Assembly: GCA_035291665.1 (NCBI GenBank)
Contig: DATDRP010000001.1
Coordinates: 146,952-210,951 of the forward strand
Length of the DNA stretch: 64,000 nucleotides
Source of the DNA: Patescibacteria group bacterium
GTDB taxonomy: Bacteria > Patescibacteriota > Microgenomatia > UBA8517
Direction: 5' to 3'
Below the pieces are notes generated by a model. The model was not told the origin of the DNA. It did not search any database and saw only the letters and a list, made by a program, of their open reading frames with translations. A program made the position numbers and the translations under genes. Of this stretch, positions 46,057-56,070 are shown in pieces (positions within the stretch are counted from its first letter, which is position 1; each line of letters starts with the position of its first letter).

Positions 46057-47349
46057 ATGTCTAGTAAATATATTCCGTCCGGACTTTCTTTTAACCCCGC
46101 AGCTCCTGCCATAATGCACATCGATCTTAATTCCTGCTTTGCGACAATTGAGCAGCAGGCAAACCCCTTCCTGCGCGGTAAACCTGTTGCAGTTGCCGCA
46201 TATACAACTCCGTCGGGCTGCATTGTTGCACCTTCGGTTGAAGCCAAGAGACTTGGTATAAAAGTCGGAATGCGCGTTAAGGACGGAAAAGCGATTTTTC
46301 CGAAACTGATTATCCTTCCGCCCGACCCCTGGAAGTACAGAGATGTGCATCTGAAATTAAGGCGTCTCTTGGAAGATTACTCCAGCGAGATTTTACCCAA
46401 ATCAATTGACGAGTTTGTGCTTGATCTTCGGGGAATGCCCGTTTTGAAAAGCGGCTCTTTCGAAAGTGCGGCAAAAGAGATAAAAAAAAGGATCAGGAAC
46501 GAAATAGGAGACTGGCTTATGGTTTCAATCGGCTTTGGCCCCAATAGGTTTTTGGCAAAGCTGGCCTCGTCATTACATAAGCCGGATGGATTGGATATCA
46601 TAAGAAGAGGCAACTTCAAGGATATCTATAAGAATCTGAGCCTCACCGATCTTTGCGGAATAAAGTTTAGAAATACCCTCAGGCTTAACAATTTCGGAGT
46701 GTTTGATGTTTGGGATTTTTATGAAAGCCCCTACTGGAAATTGAAGGCTACTTTTGCATCAATTGCCGGATATTATTGGTATTTGCGTCTCAGGGGGTGG
46801 GAAATTGATGATTTCCCCTACTCCAGGAAAAGCTATGGCAATTCATATGCACTTCCCAAACCTTTGAAAACCGTAGAAGAGCTTTCTCCGATACTTTCCA
46901 AATTAACGGAAAAGATGAGCTTCAGGCTCCGCCGTGCGGGTTATGTTGCCAGAGGAATCCACCTTGCACTGGGATTTCGCGACGGCAGATTCTGGCACAA
47001 GGGAAGCACTTTCTCCAAGGTTATTTTTGACTCGAGGGAGATTTACAAAAAAGCCGTTGGGCTTTTGACGATGTCTCCGCTTGACGGTCCCGTGCGTGAT
47101 ATTGCGGTTTCGGTATTCGATCTTAAGAAAAAAAACATTCTTCAGCTTGATCTTTTTGAAGACGTTGTTAAAAAAAGTGAATTGTCCGATGCGGTGGACC
47201 TTGTAAACGAACGTTGGGGAAATTTTGTCATTACACCAGCCAGAATGGCATTGGCCGAAAAGAACGCTGTTCCCGACCGGATCGCTTTCGGAGGTGTTAA
47301 GGAACTGGAGGAATTTACTATAGAGGACGTTGGTAAATTGGATGCCTAG
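46057..47349 (+). CDS. dinB: Y-family DNA polymerase (Pol IV-like)
   Basis: HIDLNSCFA, S.EAK..G...GM, SIDE, LAKLAS...KPDG, QLDLF clamp motif. Confidence 0.92.
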   Translation: MSSKYIPSGLSFNPAAPAIMHIDLNSCFATIEQQANPFLRGKPVAVAAYTTPSGCIVAPSVEAKRLGIKVGMRVKDGKAIFPKLIILPPDPWKYRDVHLKLRRLLEDYSSEILPKSIDEFVLDLRGMPVLKSGSFESAAKEIKKRIRNEIGDWLMVSIGFGPNRFLAKLASSLHKPDGLDIIRRGNFKDIYKNLSLTDLCGIKFRNTLRLNNFGVFDVWDFYESPYWKLKATFASIAGYYWYLRLRGWEIDDFPYSRKSYGNSYALPKPLKTVEELSPILSKLTEKMSFRLRRAGYVARGIHLALGFRDGRFWHKGSTFSKVIFDSREIYKKAVGLLTMSPLDGPVRDIAVSVFDLKKKNILQLDLFEDVVKKSELSDAVDLVNERWGNFVITPARMALAEKNAVPDRIAFGGVKELEEFTIEDVGKLDA

Positions 47350-47864
47350 AAATTAATATCAACTTCATTTCCCGGAATAAAACTATATTTATCGGAAAGA
47401 CCGGCATTAATCTCCAATACAAAATCAACAGGCGCTCCGGGTGTGTAAAGTGTCAAATTGTAATCAGGCGTGTTTTTTAAAGGGATCGGAGCATTTTTAG
47501 AAATATAAATAATTTTTAAGTCCTTTATCCATATCAAATCGAGTGGAATCAACATGTCCTTCATCCAAAAAGTTCTAATTGATGGGGGTTCTATCACAAA
47601 AAGCATTCCCCAATCTTCGCCCAAAGATGCTCGGTCTGAAAGTCCCTTGGCAAGTTTTTGGGGAGTATCCGCAATCTCAACTTTAAATTTATGATTATTA
47701 ATAACAACGGAACCTGATTTATAGTTATCCCCTTTTGCAGTTGAGTTAGATTTACTGAATGAGAAACTAAAAGGTGAGAGATTCAATTTTTTGGAAAGAT
47801 AAAAAATTAAGGCTCCAAAGAACATTAAAACAAATAAGATTAAAAAAATATTATTTTTACTCAT
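47346..47864 (-). CDS. DUF192 domain protein
   Basis: VEIADT....GL..R...GMLF...FWMK...PLD...VLEINAG. Confidence 0.9.
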   Translation of the reverse strand: MSKNNIFLILFVLMFFGALIFYLSKKLNLSPFSFSFSKSNSTAKGDNYKSGSVVINNHKFKVEIADTPQKLAKGLSDRASLGEDWGMLFVIEPPSIRTFWMKDMLIPLDLIWIKDLKIIYISKNAPIPLKNTPDYNLTLYTPGAPVDFVLEINAGLSDKYSFIPGNEVDINF

Positions 47865-47875
47865 GAAGATAACCC

Positions 47876-48139
47876 TTAAATAGCGGTATCAAGTTCAGCT
47901 TCAATATTTATTAATTCTTTATCGATATTTTCAACATCGGTGCTGTCGATATCTTTTTTGATTTCACTTACTTCATCCGAGTTTGATTGAGTATTTATTT
48001 TGACAGCGTCAGGATCAACTTCCGTTAGCCTATTGAGTTTTTTATAAATATTTTCTTTTATCAAAAAGAATGAAAGAATTGCAAGAACAGCAAATGCAAA
48101 AAAGAAGAATGTTTTTTTGGGATCTTTTGATATTTCCAT
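47876..48139 (-). CDS. hypothetical membrane-anchored protein
   Basis: TM plus acidic tail. Confidence 0.6.
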   Translation of the reverse strand: MEISKDPKKTFFFFAFAVLAILSFFLIKENIYKKLNRLTEVDPDAVKINTQSNSDEVSEIKKDIDSTDVENIDKELINIEAELDTAI

Positions 48140-48140
48140 A

Positions 48141-48767
48141 TTAAGCGCTAGTTGGTATTGGTGTTACGGTGACTCCGGGAGTCGGTGTGACATTTTTTGA
48201 TTGTCCGACCCTTAATCCTGCAACTTTACCGATAACCTTAACCAAAATTAAATGCACCTCCTTCAAGTTGTTTTTTATATCTTTAAAATTTTCTCTTACC
48301 ACCAAGAATGCCTGTTTTGGATCAGAAGATTTCAAAACCTCTTCCATCATAGTATTTGATGAATCAAGAAGTGTTTTTGTTTCTTTCAAAAGCGCTTTCG
48401 CTTTATCAAGTTCAACCTGAATCATTGCAACATCCGTAGGTTTATTAAGCTCATCAACTTTGGCCAGTCTTGATTCAATACGCGATGTCAGGGTTTCAAG
48501 TCTTTTTATCATTGCTTCAATCCTTACCGCCATTGACGCATAATATTTTCGAATTATTTTGATTCTTGTTTCTTGGAGCATGGCTGATCTTGAAGCTTTT
48601 CTTTCCTGGAAACGTTCCTCAATCATTTTGAGTTTTTGTTCACGAAGCTCTAATTTTTGCTGAATTTTGTCTTGGACAACAGTCGGCATCTTTGCGTTTG
48701 CAACTGATGAAGAACTAAACGTTAAAGCTGCAAAAAGAACCAAGATAGCCGTAATACCGTTTTTCAT
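48141..48767 (-). CDS. secreted coiled-coil protein
   Basis: Signal peptide, long helices, PT tail. Confidence 0.65.
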   Translation of the reverse strand: MKNGITAILVLFAALTFSSSSVANAKMPTVVQDKIQQKLELREQKLKMIEERFQERKASRSAMLQETRIKIIRKYYASMAVRIEAMIKRLETLTSRIESRLAKVDELNKPTDVAMIQVELDKAKALLKETKTLLDSSNTMMEEVLKSSDPKQAFLVVRENFKDIKNNLKEVHLILVKVIGKVAGLRVGQSKNVTPTPGVTVTPIPTSA

Positions 48768-49004
48768 ATAATAGATTTAATAATAAAAACTACCCAAAAG
48801 TCAAATGGATAGGATTAAAAAGAAAAAATATAATAAGAAACCAAAAGTGTCAAGAAAAACAGAATTGCAGGGAAAAAATACAATAGATATAAATTTAATT
48901 TTGAGGAATCTGTTTTTTGAATATGGATATTTTGATTCATATATTAATTATATCAGTTTTGGAAAAATATCACTTTTTGATGCGCGGTAGATGACTAAAT
49001 AAAA

Positions 49005-49220
49005 TTATTTATGTCTTTTTAAAAAGGAAAAAAAGGACTTTTTGGGAGCTAAGGAATCATGAGCCATTTGTAAAGCCAATTCTAATGCTTCACTGTCACC
49101 TTTATCGATTCTTTCAAGTAATGGGCCATAAAGTTCCGACACCATAGGACAATCAGGATTCTCAGATAATTCCTTTTGTATGGCAGAAAAAATTAAAGAT
49201 TTATCGATTTCAGGAATCAT
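49005..49220 (-). CDS. hypothetical protein
   Basis: 71-aa ORF. Confidence 0.5.
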   Translation of the reverse strand: MIPEIDKSLIFSAIQKELSENPDCPMVSELYGPLLERIDKGDSEALELALQMAHDSLAPKKSFFSFLKRHK

Positions 49221-49289
49221 ATCTTTTCGTTAATTACTTCATACAGATTGGATTTGTGCCAAATCAAACCCGGTTAAACAAGATTGACT

Positions 49290-49348
49290 TGGTGCCGGGA
49301 AGAGGACTTGTCATGGCAAAGCAAGATCCTGCTTTGCAGGAAACCTCC
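49290..49348 (-). pseudogene. tRNA-Leu-type 3' fragment with a 31-bp palindromic insert in the T-loop
   Basis: GGAGGTT[TCCTGCAAAGCAGGATCTTGCTTTGCCATGA]CAAGTCCTCTTCCCGGCACCA. Confidence 0.7.
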
Positions 49349-49360
49349 AACCAAAAGCTG

Positions 49361-49445
49361 TGCCGAGAGAGGGAGTTGAACCCACACGTCTTATAAAGAC
49401 ACAGGATCCTAAATCCTGCGCGTCTGCCAATTCCGCCATCCCGGC
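49361..49445 (-). tRNA. tRNA-Leu(TAG)
   Basis: Class II cloverleaf, loop TTTAGGA. Confidence 0.92.
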
Positions 49446-49611
49446 TTATACAACTTCACTATTATATCAATACTAAAGTTTTTCCCAAAAAAAAGAGGCG
49501 CACCTTGGGGTACACCTCATAAAAAAATCCTAACGCCCATCTAATCTATAGGATTAGTAAGCCTCAGAATCTAGAGATACTATAACATAAGACTATAAGT
49601 ATGTCAATATA

Positions 49612-50364
49612 TTACTTCTTGCTTGCTAATATGAATAATGAAGGACCAAATCTTGTTTTAGAAAACATCCTTTGTAGATATTTTTCAAGATACAATAAAA
49701 TCTCAACGGGAAGTAGTTTTTTAAGAATTACGCTTCGTATATTGGACACGGATTTGATGTCAATTATGCGGAAACCGTTATTTTCCAAATGATTAAGGAC
49801 ATCATCCGGATGATAATTAAAAAAATCTATACAACCTGTATTAATAGATTTTTTACTCCGAATGTCTTTTGGAAATATATCAAGTAAAAAAGTCAAATTC
49901 CCATGACGCAATTCATTAAGAGCAGATTTAAAATGAAGTTTATTGGGAAATTCGAGAATCAGATGTCCATTATTTTTTAAAAGCCTGTTGATGATCCTGA
50001 ACGCATTGTCGAGATTTTTGACGTGATGCAACACTCGGATAAATAGAACCAGATCAACACTTGATGGCTTTATTTTTGTTTCTAAATTTTCTATTTTTGA
50101 ATGGATAAATTTAATTTTTTTGTTTTTGTATTTTTCTTTTGCTATGGAGAGTAATTTTGAAGAAGGGTCCGTGAGGTAAATTCGTTTGGCTCGGTGGATG
50201 TATGTGGGAATCAAACGCCCATACCCCGCGCCGATATCGGCAATGGTTCCGATAATTTTTAGTCTTTTGAAAAAATTTTCAAGTACAAAAACTTCTGACT
50301 TGTGTTCGTAGATTCTGGACTCCCAATATGATGGATAATCGAAATTATCGTAATGAGCAGACAT
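49612..50364 (-). CDS. class I SAM-dependent methyltransferase
   Basis: DIGAGYGRL, IRVLHH. Confidence 0.88.
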   Translation of the reverse strand: MSAHYDNFDYPSYWESRIYEHKSEVFVLENFFKRLKIIGTIADIGAGYGRLIPTYIHRAKRIYLTDPSSKLLSIAKEKYKNKKIKFIHSKIENLETKIKPSSVDLVLFIRVLHHVKNLDNAFRIINRLLKNNGHLILEFPNKLHFKSALNELRHGNLTFLLDIFPKDIRSKKSINTGCIDFFNYHPDDVLNHLENNGFRIIDIKSVSNIRSVILKKLLPVEILLYLEKYLQRMFSKTRFGPSLFILASKK

Positions 50365-50449
50365 ATTATGTGTATTGTAAGGATATATGATTGATGCAAA
50401 TTATGTCAAAAGTAATCATAGATAAGAAATATATTTGTGGCTGGAATTG

Positions 50450-51076
50450 CTATTCCATTTCAGACATGAAGCTTGAGACGCCCTCCGCCCAGCTCCCATT
50501 TGACAGAGGCGTATATTTTGTCATTATTTCTTCGGGTGTTGTGTAGCCTTCGTCCAAGTAATCATCCCGAATCCCCTTTGTTACAGTATTTATTCCTTCT
50601 TCAAATGAGGAAAAGCCGAGTGTTCCTCGACTGTGGATTCCCCACCCCCAGCAGTTGAATGTTCCTTCCGGATAGGCTTTACAAAGATTTGATTCCTGCT
50701 GGGCAATGGCAGTAACCAGTCTGAAATCTACATCGTATTTATCTGCCGTATTTACAATATAAAAAGAATACGGTTCCAGAATTGAATCATATCTTTGAAG
50801 ATATGATTTAACTATCTCCCCTCTTGCATCCGATTCTACCGGATAGCCATTTATGGTTTGTGCTGATGGAGGAAGTGAAGAAAAAATACGAATATTTTGT
50901 GAATTATCACCCAGTACAGAAGGTTTTTTTTCACTCGAAATGTTTAAAAGGGCGTATAAAGATAAAGCAATAACTACTGGTGTTATGAGAAAAAACATTG
51001 AAGCTGTTATAAGACTATTGATATAAGATAATCCCCTGAGGTGCTTAAAATTAAATATAGGCATTTCAAATATCAT
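50450..51076 (-). CDS. membrane-anchored lysozyme-like/glucosaminidase-like peptidoglycan hydrolase
   Basis: AD.Y.VD.RL..AIA.QES, NCWGWG, F.SFEEGI, KY.P. Confidence 0.75.
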   Translation of the reverse strand: MIFEMPIFNFKHLRGLSYINSLITASMFFLITPVVIALSLYALLNISSEKKPSVLGDNSQNIRIFSSLPPSAQTINGYPVESDARGEIVKSYLQRYDSILEPYSFYIVNTADKYDVDFRLVTAIAQQESNLCKAYPEGTFNCWGWGIHSRGTLGFSSFEEGINTVTKGIRDDYLDEGYTTPEEIMTKYTPLSNGSWAEGVSSFMSEME

Positions 51077-51301
51077 ATCAAAAATAAATAATTATTAATA
51101 ACGATAATGAAGTGTTGGAGGTTTTCAATTGTTGATATACCGGAAGGAATCGGTGATTTGATGTAAAGAAAATCAGCTTATTACCGAAGCAATCTTCTTT
51201 ATTAAAATATTAAATTATATGTGAGCTTGGAAGGATTCGACCAAGTACAACTTGGGTTCATTCCTGAAATCGCTTCCTGAATTCAATTTTGATTTTTGAG
51301 G

Positions 51302-51373
51302 TGATCCCGGAAGGAATCGAACCTTCGACCATCTCCTTAAGAGGGAGTTGCTCTACCGCTGAGCTACGGGACC
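51302..51373 (-). tRNA. tRNA-Lys(CTT)
   Basis: Cloverleaf, loop CTCTTAA. Confidence 0.88.
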
Positions 51374-51386
51374 ATACTCCTCAGTA

Positions 51387-52640
51387 TTATAATTTCCGAA
51401 ACATTAAAATGCCAATATGACCGGGATCGATCCTCGTAAAGAGCGGGTATCCGATTTCGGCATCGATATCATAGCCTTCTATCTTTACAATATACAGATT
51501 ATCCATTTCCCAAATCATCTGACCGGTATTTTTCAGAATCGAAAGTTGGTAAGTCTTATCGTCTTTTTGAATCAAGTCGGGAGTAAGCTCGGCCACCATA
51601 GTTGCAGAGTTAATTCTTTTGGGATTACCGGATTTTTTTAGCATTTTTTGAATTTCCGAGTAAAAATCATAAAAGCTTCCATCAGCCTTTTTGAATGAGA
51701 AAGTATTGAAAGGTTCACTCTGATAATTCAACATGAATGGGGTTACCGCCACTATATTTGGATCTTTTAACCATTTTTCAAATGCCTGTGTATAGTATTT
51801 TTTCAAAACATCAACAGACAAAAATTTATTTTCACCCCCCACATCGTGCGTCCAGCCTGTTTCGGTTATAAATATGGGTAAATTCTTTTTAACGCTCAAG
51901 GTTTTTATAAATTCAATTTCGTTAATATAACCCGTAATACTAACAATCCCCGTTTTATCGGGGCTTTCGGAAAAATTCGGATTTGGATATGAGTGTGAAG
52001 TCCACCCGTCGATATGGTCAAAAATATCAGGAACTTTATCGTGCATTGACTTAATAAAATTTGTTTCGCTCATATGCGTTTTGTTGTTGGGAGAAGATGC
52101 ATCTAATCCTGCTGGAAGAACAAAAAAATCATCATCTTTTCTTTTAAGTTGTATTGAAAATTCTTTTAAGAATTCAGCATAACCTTGAGGATCAATTACA
52201 CCTCCCCATTCAGCTGCATGATTCGGTTCATTACCAACCACAACATACCTATTTTGAGTGACCCAATTAAGAGAGTCCAGGAAATTTACCCAGCCATCAA
52301 TATCGTCAGTTGTCGGTTTCAACCAGCCTGAACCCTCTTGTTTCGTAGCTATTCTTATAATCGGAATAAGATGAAGTTCCCGCATCCGGTCAAAAACATT
52401 CTGCCACCTGTTTACATCCCTCTCATCTGATCTTAGTACCATAGTCACATACCCCCATTCGCCACCGGAAGAATTCACCAACTTTGCAGCATCGATTAGA
52501 TCGTTTTCATCCTGAATATGGATACCGAAAATGTTATTTTCCGTCGAATGCGGATTAGTTACAGCAAAAGTTGATTTATATGATTTAAAAAATATTAGAG
52601 CAGCTGCAATTAATATTATTAATTTGTAAAATTTTTTCAT
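51387..52640 (-). CDS. secreted clan GH-A glycoside hydrolase
   Basis: GNEPN, HSYP, ITETGW; signal peptide from ATG 52640. Confidence 0.8.
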   Translation of the reverse strand: MKKFYKLIILIAAALIFFKSYKSTFAVTNPHSTENNIFGIHIQDENDLIDAAKLVNSSGGEWGYVTMVLRSDERDVNRWQNVFDRMRELHLIPIIRIATKQEGSGWLKPTTDDIDGWVNFLDSLNWVTQNRYVVVGNEPNHAAEWGGVIDPQGYAEFLKEFSIQLKRKDDDFFVLPAGLDASSPNNKTHMSETNFIKSMHDKVPDIFDHIDGWTSHSYPNPNFSESPDKTGIVSITGYINEIEFIKTLSVKKNLPIFITETGWTHDVGGENKFLSVDVLKKYYTQAFEKWLKDPNIVAVTPFMLNYQSEPFNTFSFKKADGSFYDFYSEIQKMLKKSGNPKRINSATMVAELTPDLIQKDDKTYQLSILKNTGQMIWEMDNLYIVKIEGYDIDAEIGYPLFTRIDPGHIGILMFRKL

Positions 52641-52725
52641 ATTAACCATTATACAAAATCCAAAAGATATAAGGGCGTTATGTAATAAATTCCAACTGTA
52701 TTTGGTATAATACAGGTGAAGTTTT

Positions 52726-52810
52726 GCCCTTGTGGCGGAATTGGCAGACGCGCAGCGTTCAGAACGCTGTCTCGATTTCCGAGGTAGGGGTTCAAATCCT
52801 CTCAAGGGCA
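52726..52810 (+). tRNA. tRNA-Leu(CAG)
   Basis: Class II cloverleaf, loop TTCAGAA. Confidence 0.92.
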
Positions 52811-52903
52811 CTCGATAAACTCGTGCTCCTGTTCGGGTTTGATAGTGCGAATTAAGGTAGATATTATGCACACAAATCCTCTCAAGGGCACCGTTATTTA
52901 TAC

Positions 52904-52985
52904 GCGCGGGTGGCGAAATTGGTAGACGCGCAGTCTTGAGGAGGCTGTGGAGTAATCCTTGCAGGTTCAAGTCCTGTCCCGCGCA
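52904..52985 (+). tRNA. tRNA-Leu(GAG)
   Basis: Class II cloverleaf, loop TTGAGGA. Confidence 0.92.
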
Positions 52986-53116
52986 CTAATACAAAATGAC
53001 GAAAACTTTCGTTGTTTTGTTTTAACGGATAGGAATTGAACCGAAGGTCATGGGTGAGCGAAAGCGAATCCCTGGATACCCTTGTGGTATTCAAGTCCTG
53101 TCCCGCGCACTAAATC

Positions 53117-53293
53117 GGTCGCTTGGCTCAGTTGGTCAGAGCATCTCGTTTATAAGGATCTATAGCTCAGTTGGTCAGAGCGTTCGGTTTACATCCGAAA
53201 GGTCGTAGGTTCGAACCCTACTAGATCCACATTATTATAGAAAGTCGGGGGAAATGACACCGAGTCTGACTCGGACGAATCCCTCAGCGACTA
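53117..53293 (+). pseudogene. split tRNA-Val(TAC): 5' half 53117..53152 and 3' half 53258..53293, enclosing an intact tRNA-Val
   Basis: GGTCGCT pairs with AGCGACT; anticodon arm TCTCG-TTTA^CAC-CGAG. Confidence 0.75.
53156..53229 (+). tRNA. tRNA-Val(TAC)
   Basis: Cloverleaf, TTCGG-TTTACAT-CCGAA. Confidence 0.92.
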
Positions 53294-53372
53294 CAAATAT
53301 GATAGAATTTGAAAGAAAATAGCCGAGGTACCCAAGTTTGTTATAAATGTTAAGAATTGGAGGTGACATAAA

Positions 53373-53585
53373 ATGGCAATACCAGAAAACAAGAGCAAAA
53401 TATTAAAAGTTAAGTATATTAGTTTCAGTATACTGCCAGGTCAAGAAATTAAAAGTTTTGAAGAACTTTCAAAATCTGAGCCAGGTACAAGCGTAATAGT
53501 TGAAGGTGGCGGAGATTTGGACTACCTATCTTCAGATTTACAGAATGTTAAAAAAACAAGTGAGGATGATACATCTCAGGGTTAA
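53373..53585 (+). CDS. hypothetical protein inside the tRNA cluster
   Basis: Strong SD GGAGGTGA; flanked by a duplicated tRNA-Phe 5' end. Confidence 0.6.
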   Translation: MAIPENKSKILKVKYISFSILPGQEIKSFEELSKSEPGTSVIVEGGGDLDYLSSDLQNVKKTSEDDTSQG

Positions 53586-53594
53586 ATATTATAA

Positions 53595-53667
53595 GCCGAG
53601 GTAGCCAAGTTGGTCACGGCGGGCGCCTGAAGAGCGTCAGATTCGGGTTCGATTCCTGACCTCGGCA
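53595..53667 (+). tRNA. tRNA-Phe(GAA)
   Basis: Cloverleaf, loop CTGAAGA. Confidence 0.9.
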
Positions 53668-53674
53668 CATTTAC

Positions 53675-53746
<72 letters not shown>

Positions 53747-53751
53747 CAAAA

Positions 53752-54819
53752 TTAATTTATTTTTGTCTCTTCACCTTCGCTAGGAGTTATCGGCAGCCTT
53801 TCTTTACCTACTGCATCACGCATTGTATTAAGCAGCAGCCTTTTCAGAATTTCACTAAATTTGACTCCATACATATCAAGAATTGTTGAAATAGCTACAG
53901 CTGCCTCTTTTGGTGCAAATGCGGGATTACAATTTGAATCGATAAAAAAATATCTCCCCGACTGATCCAACCTGACATCAAATTTTCCGTAATCGTACAT
54001 TTTATTAACATCAAATGCTTTTTTTACATACTCTTTTAATATCGGATCTTCATACTTTTGATAATAGAATGCATCGTAAGATTTACTCATCCATTGGTCC
54101 TCAAATGTAGAAAATATATATTTTTCGTTTTCTTTATTGAATATTTTTTCTGCAAGATAAACTTTTTTGTTAAGTCCTTCAAGAAGCATGCATGTGATTT
54201 CCCTTCCCACAATAAACTCCTCAACGATAACGGATTGTTTGTATGTTGATATCAAAAACTTCAGTCTTTCTCTTAAGTGCTTTTCATTTTCCGATACAGC
54301 ATCTTGTGTAATTTCTACTCCTCCGTGAATTTCATTAAGTTTTGATATCAAAGGAAAACGAAGTGTTGGATCTTTCAAATCATTTGAAGTATTAAACAAT
54401 TGGAAGTTTGGAATAGGGACTCCGTTTTGCTGAAGAAGTTTTTTTATTAAAAATTTATTTGACGTTAAAGAAAGTCCCAGTATATCCCCGCCGGTATAAG
54501 GAATATCAAGAATTTCCAAAACTCCAGGAATTGATGAAGCAAGACTTTCAATTCCTTTAACTGAATCTACAAGATTGATTACCATATTAGGTTTATCTTT
54601 GCGAAGATGAGAGGAAAGATCCGAATTGCCGGGATATAATTTGACTTCAATAAAAAGTTTCTTTAAGTAGTCTGCAACCATTCTTGCATCATCTTCCGCA
54701 TCTTTTTCAGTAATATACTGTTCTTCCGTCGGGAAATATTCTCTTTTTACATCACTAAAAACTATCCCTACCTTTTTAGGTAATTCATAAGTTGAGGACA
54801 ACCCATTTTCTTGAACCAT
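53752..54819 (-). CDS. D-Ala-D-Ala ligase-like ATP-grasp protein
   Basis: IPYTG, K...K.LL...G.P.P, VEEFIVGRE, D.RLD..G.YF.D.N.NP. Confidence 0.8.
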   Translation of the reverse strand: MVQENGLSSTYELPKKVGIVFSDVKREYFPTEEQYITEKDAEDDARMVADYLKKLFIEVKLYPGNSDLSSHLRKDKPNMVINLVDSVKGIESLASSIPGVLEILDIPYTGGDILGLSLTSNKFLIKKLLQQNGVPIPNFQLFNTSNDLKDPTLRFPLISKLNEIHGGVEITQDAVSENEKHLRERLKFLISTYKQSVIVEEFIVGREITCMLLEGLNKKVYLAEKIFNKENEKYIFSTFEDQWMSKSYDAFYYQKYEDPILKEYVKKAFDVNKMYDYGKFDVRLDQSGRYFFIDSNCNPAFAPKEAAVAISTILDMYGVKFSEILKRLLLNTMRDAVGKERLPITPSEGEETKIN

Positions 54820-54942
54820 TATAATTTCTTAAACATTACTAAATTATTAGATTATTTGGTAAAATACAATAGCTAGATTATAAAACAAGAAGTGTATTTT
54901 AAGTTAGTAAACAAAAAATACAATAGTTAAATCTTTTCAATT

Positions 54943-55018
54943 GGCCCAGTAGCTCAATGGACAGAGCAGTTCCCTTCTAAGGAAAAGGTTGGTGGTTCAA
55001 CTCCACCCTGGGTCACCA
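54943..55018 (+). tRNA. tRNA-Arg(TCT)
   Basis: Cloverleaf, loop CTTCTAA, encoded CCA. Confidence 0.92.
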
Positions 55019-55125
55019 AGACTGATCGGTTCTTCAGAGGAAAATCAAAAAACATGTTCAACGTATCTAAGCCATTTTCAATTATATTTTGAAGACTAAT
55101 TTTTAAGGATTTGGATAATGTTATT

Positions 55126-56070
55126 TTAAAATAACCCCTCTTTCAGCTCGTTAATTGACAAAACAACTTCGAATGTTGTCATATCACCGACATTAACAAA
55201 AAGAGAAAGCGAATCTTTATTGTCTCTTTTTATTATTCCCCCACAGGAATAAACTACCCGCCGGTTAGAATGTAATTCACTGACCAGTGGCTTACCGTTT
55301 TCTTTGATAAAATTGTCAGGAGTAATAATAGGTTCTTCGGCTACTTTTACTTTAAATTTATTACCTTTACGGGTTAATTTTGCACGACCGATACTATATA
55401 CAAATTTTCTAATGCCGTGAATTTTTTGAATAGTAATACCATGAATAATAAATAAAGCCTCGTTTTCATTAATCCAAATTGGCGGCATAGTTGTACCTAT
55501 CCTCCATTTAGCCCAATATAAATTTTTCGGAAATACTATATCATCAAGTTTTCGCGGAAGCTGATGATGCAATGAAAATGCGAGAATCTTATGGTGATAT
55601 TTGAGACCTTCCGGACGGAAAAAATAAGTAACATCATCGATCGGCGTCGTATTTTTACCGGGTCCGAAAGTGTTGATAATTAAATAAGGAGGCAGTTCTT
55701 CATTCCATGAACTATGAGAGTCGATTTTAATGATTGCAGGGAAGGGAATCGGGCGTCCCTTTTTATCCCGTAATAATGCAGTGACCCCAATAAGAAGATT
55801 TTCATTTGGAAGCTCAATTACTCTGGGGTCTTCCAAATTTACTCCATCGTACACCGGTTTCCATATGAGGCGTTTATGAACTATATTTCCTGAAATATCC
55901 AATTCAAATAATTTTAATACTCCTGTATCGGGTTCTCCCCTGCTGCCCGGTCTTTTTACTTCTCTGCCTATGAAATAAACCGAATCATTATGAAGGTTTT
56001 GCCAGGCTGCCATATTATATCGGGAAACCCTGCTGCCCGGAAATAAATTTTTTATATTTTTAATTTTCAT
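55126..56070 (-). CDS. GH130-like beta-propeller glycosidase/phosphorylase
   Basis: LEDPRV, KN, PPI, IHG, Y.IG.A, VVYSCG. Confidence 0.75.
   Translation of the reverse strand: MKIKNIKNLFPGSRVSRYNMAAWQNLHNDSVYFIGREVKRPGSRGEPDTGVLKLFELDISGNIVHKRLIWKPVYDGVNLEDPRVIELPNENLLIGVTALLRDKKGRPIPFPAIIKIDSHSSWNEELPPYLIINTFGPGKNTTPIDDVTYFFRPEGLKYHHKILAFSLHHQLPRKLDDIVFPKNLYWAKWRIGTTMPPIWINENEALFIIHGITIQKIHGIRKFVYSIGRAKLTRKGNKFKVKVAEEPIITPDNFIKENGKPLVSELHSNRRVVYSCGGIIKRDNKDSLSLFVNVGDMTTFEVVLSINELKEGLF

Noticed and set aside
48805-48990. 61-aa + strand ORF
   Set aside because: Low-complexity AT-rich sequence with no motif or clear translation signal.
52641-52970. N-terminal extension of the 527-aa ORF, and ORFs 52894..53094, 53689..53889, 59612..59845, 60206..60403
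   Set aside because: They overlap tRNA genes and are read-through artefacts.
53153-53257. Group I intron in the split tRNA-Val
   Set aside because: The insert is about 105 bp, mostly another tRNA, has no recognisable catalytic core, and the outer T-arm is destroyed.
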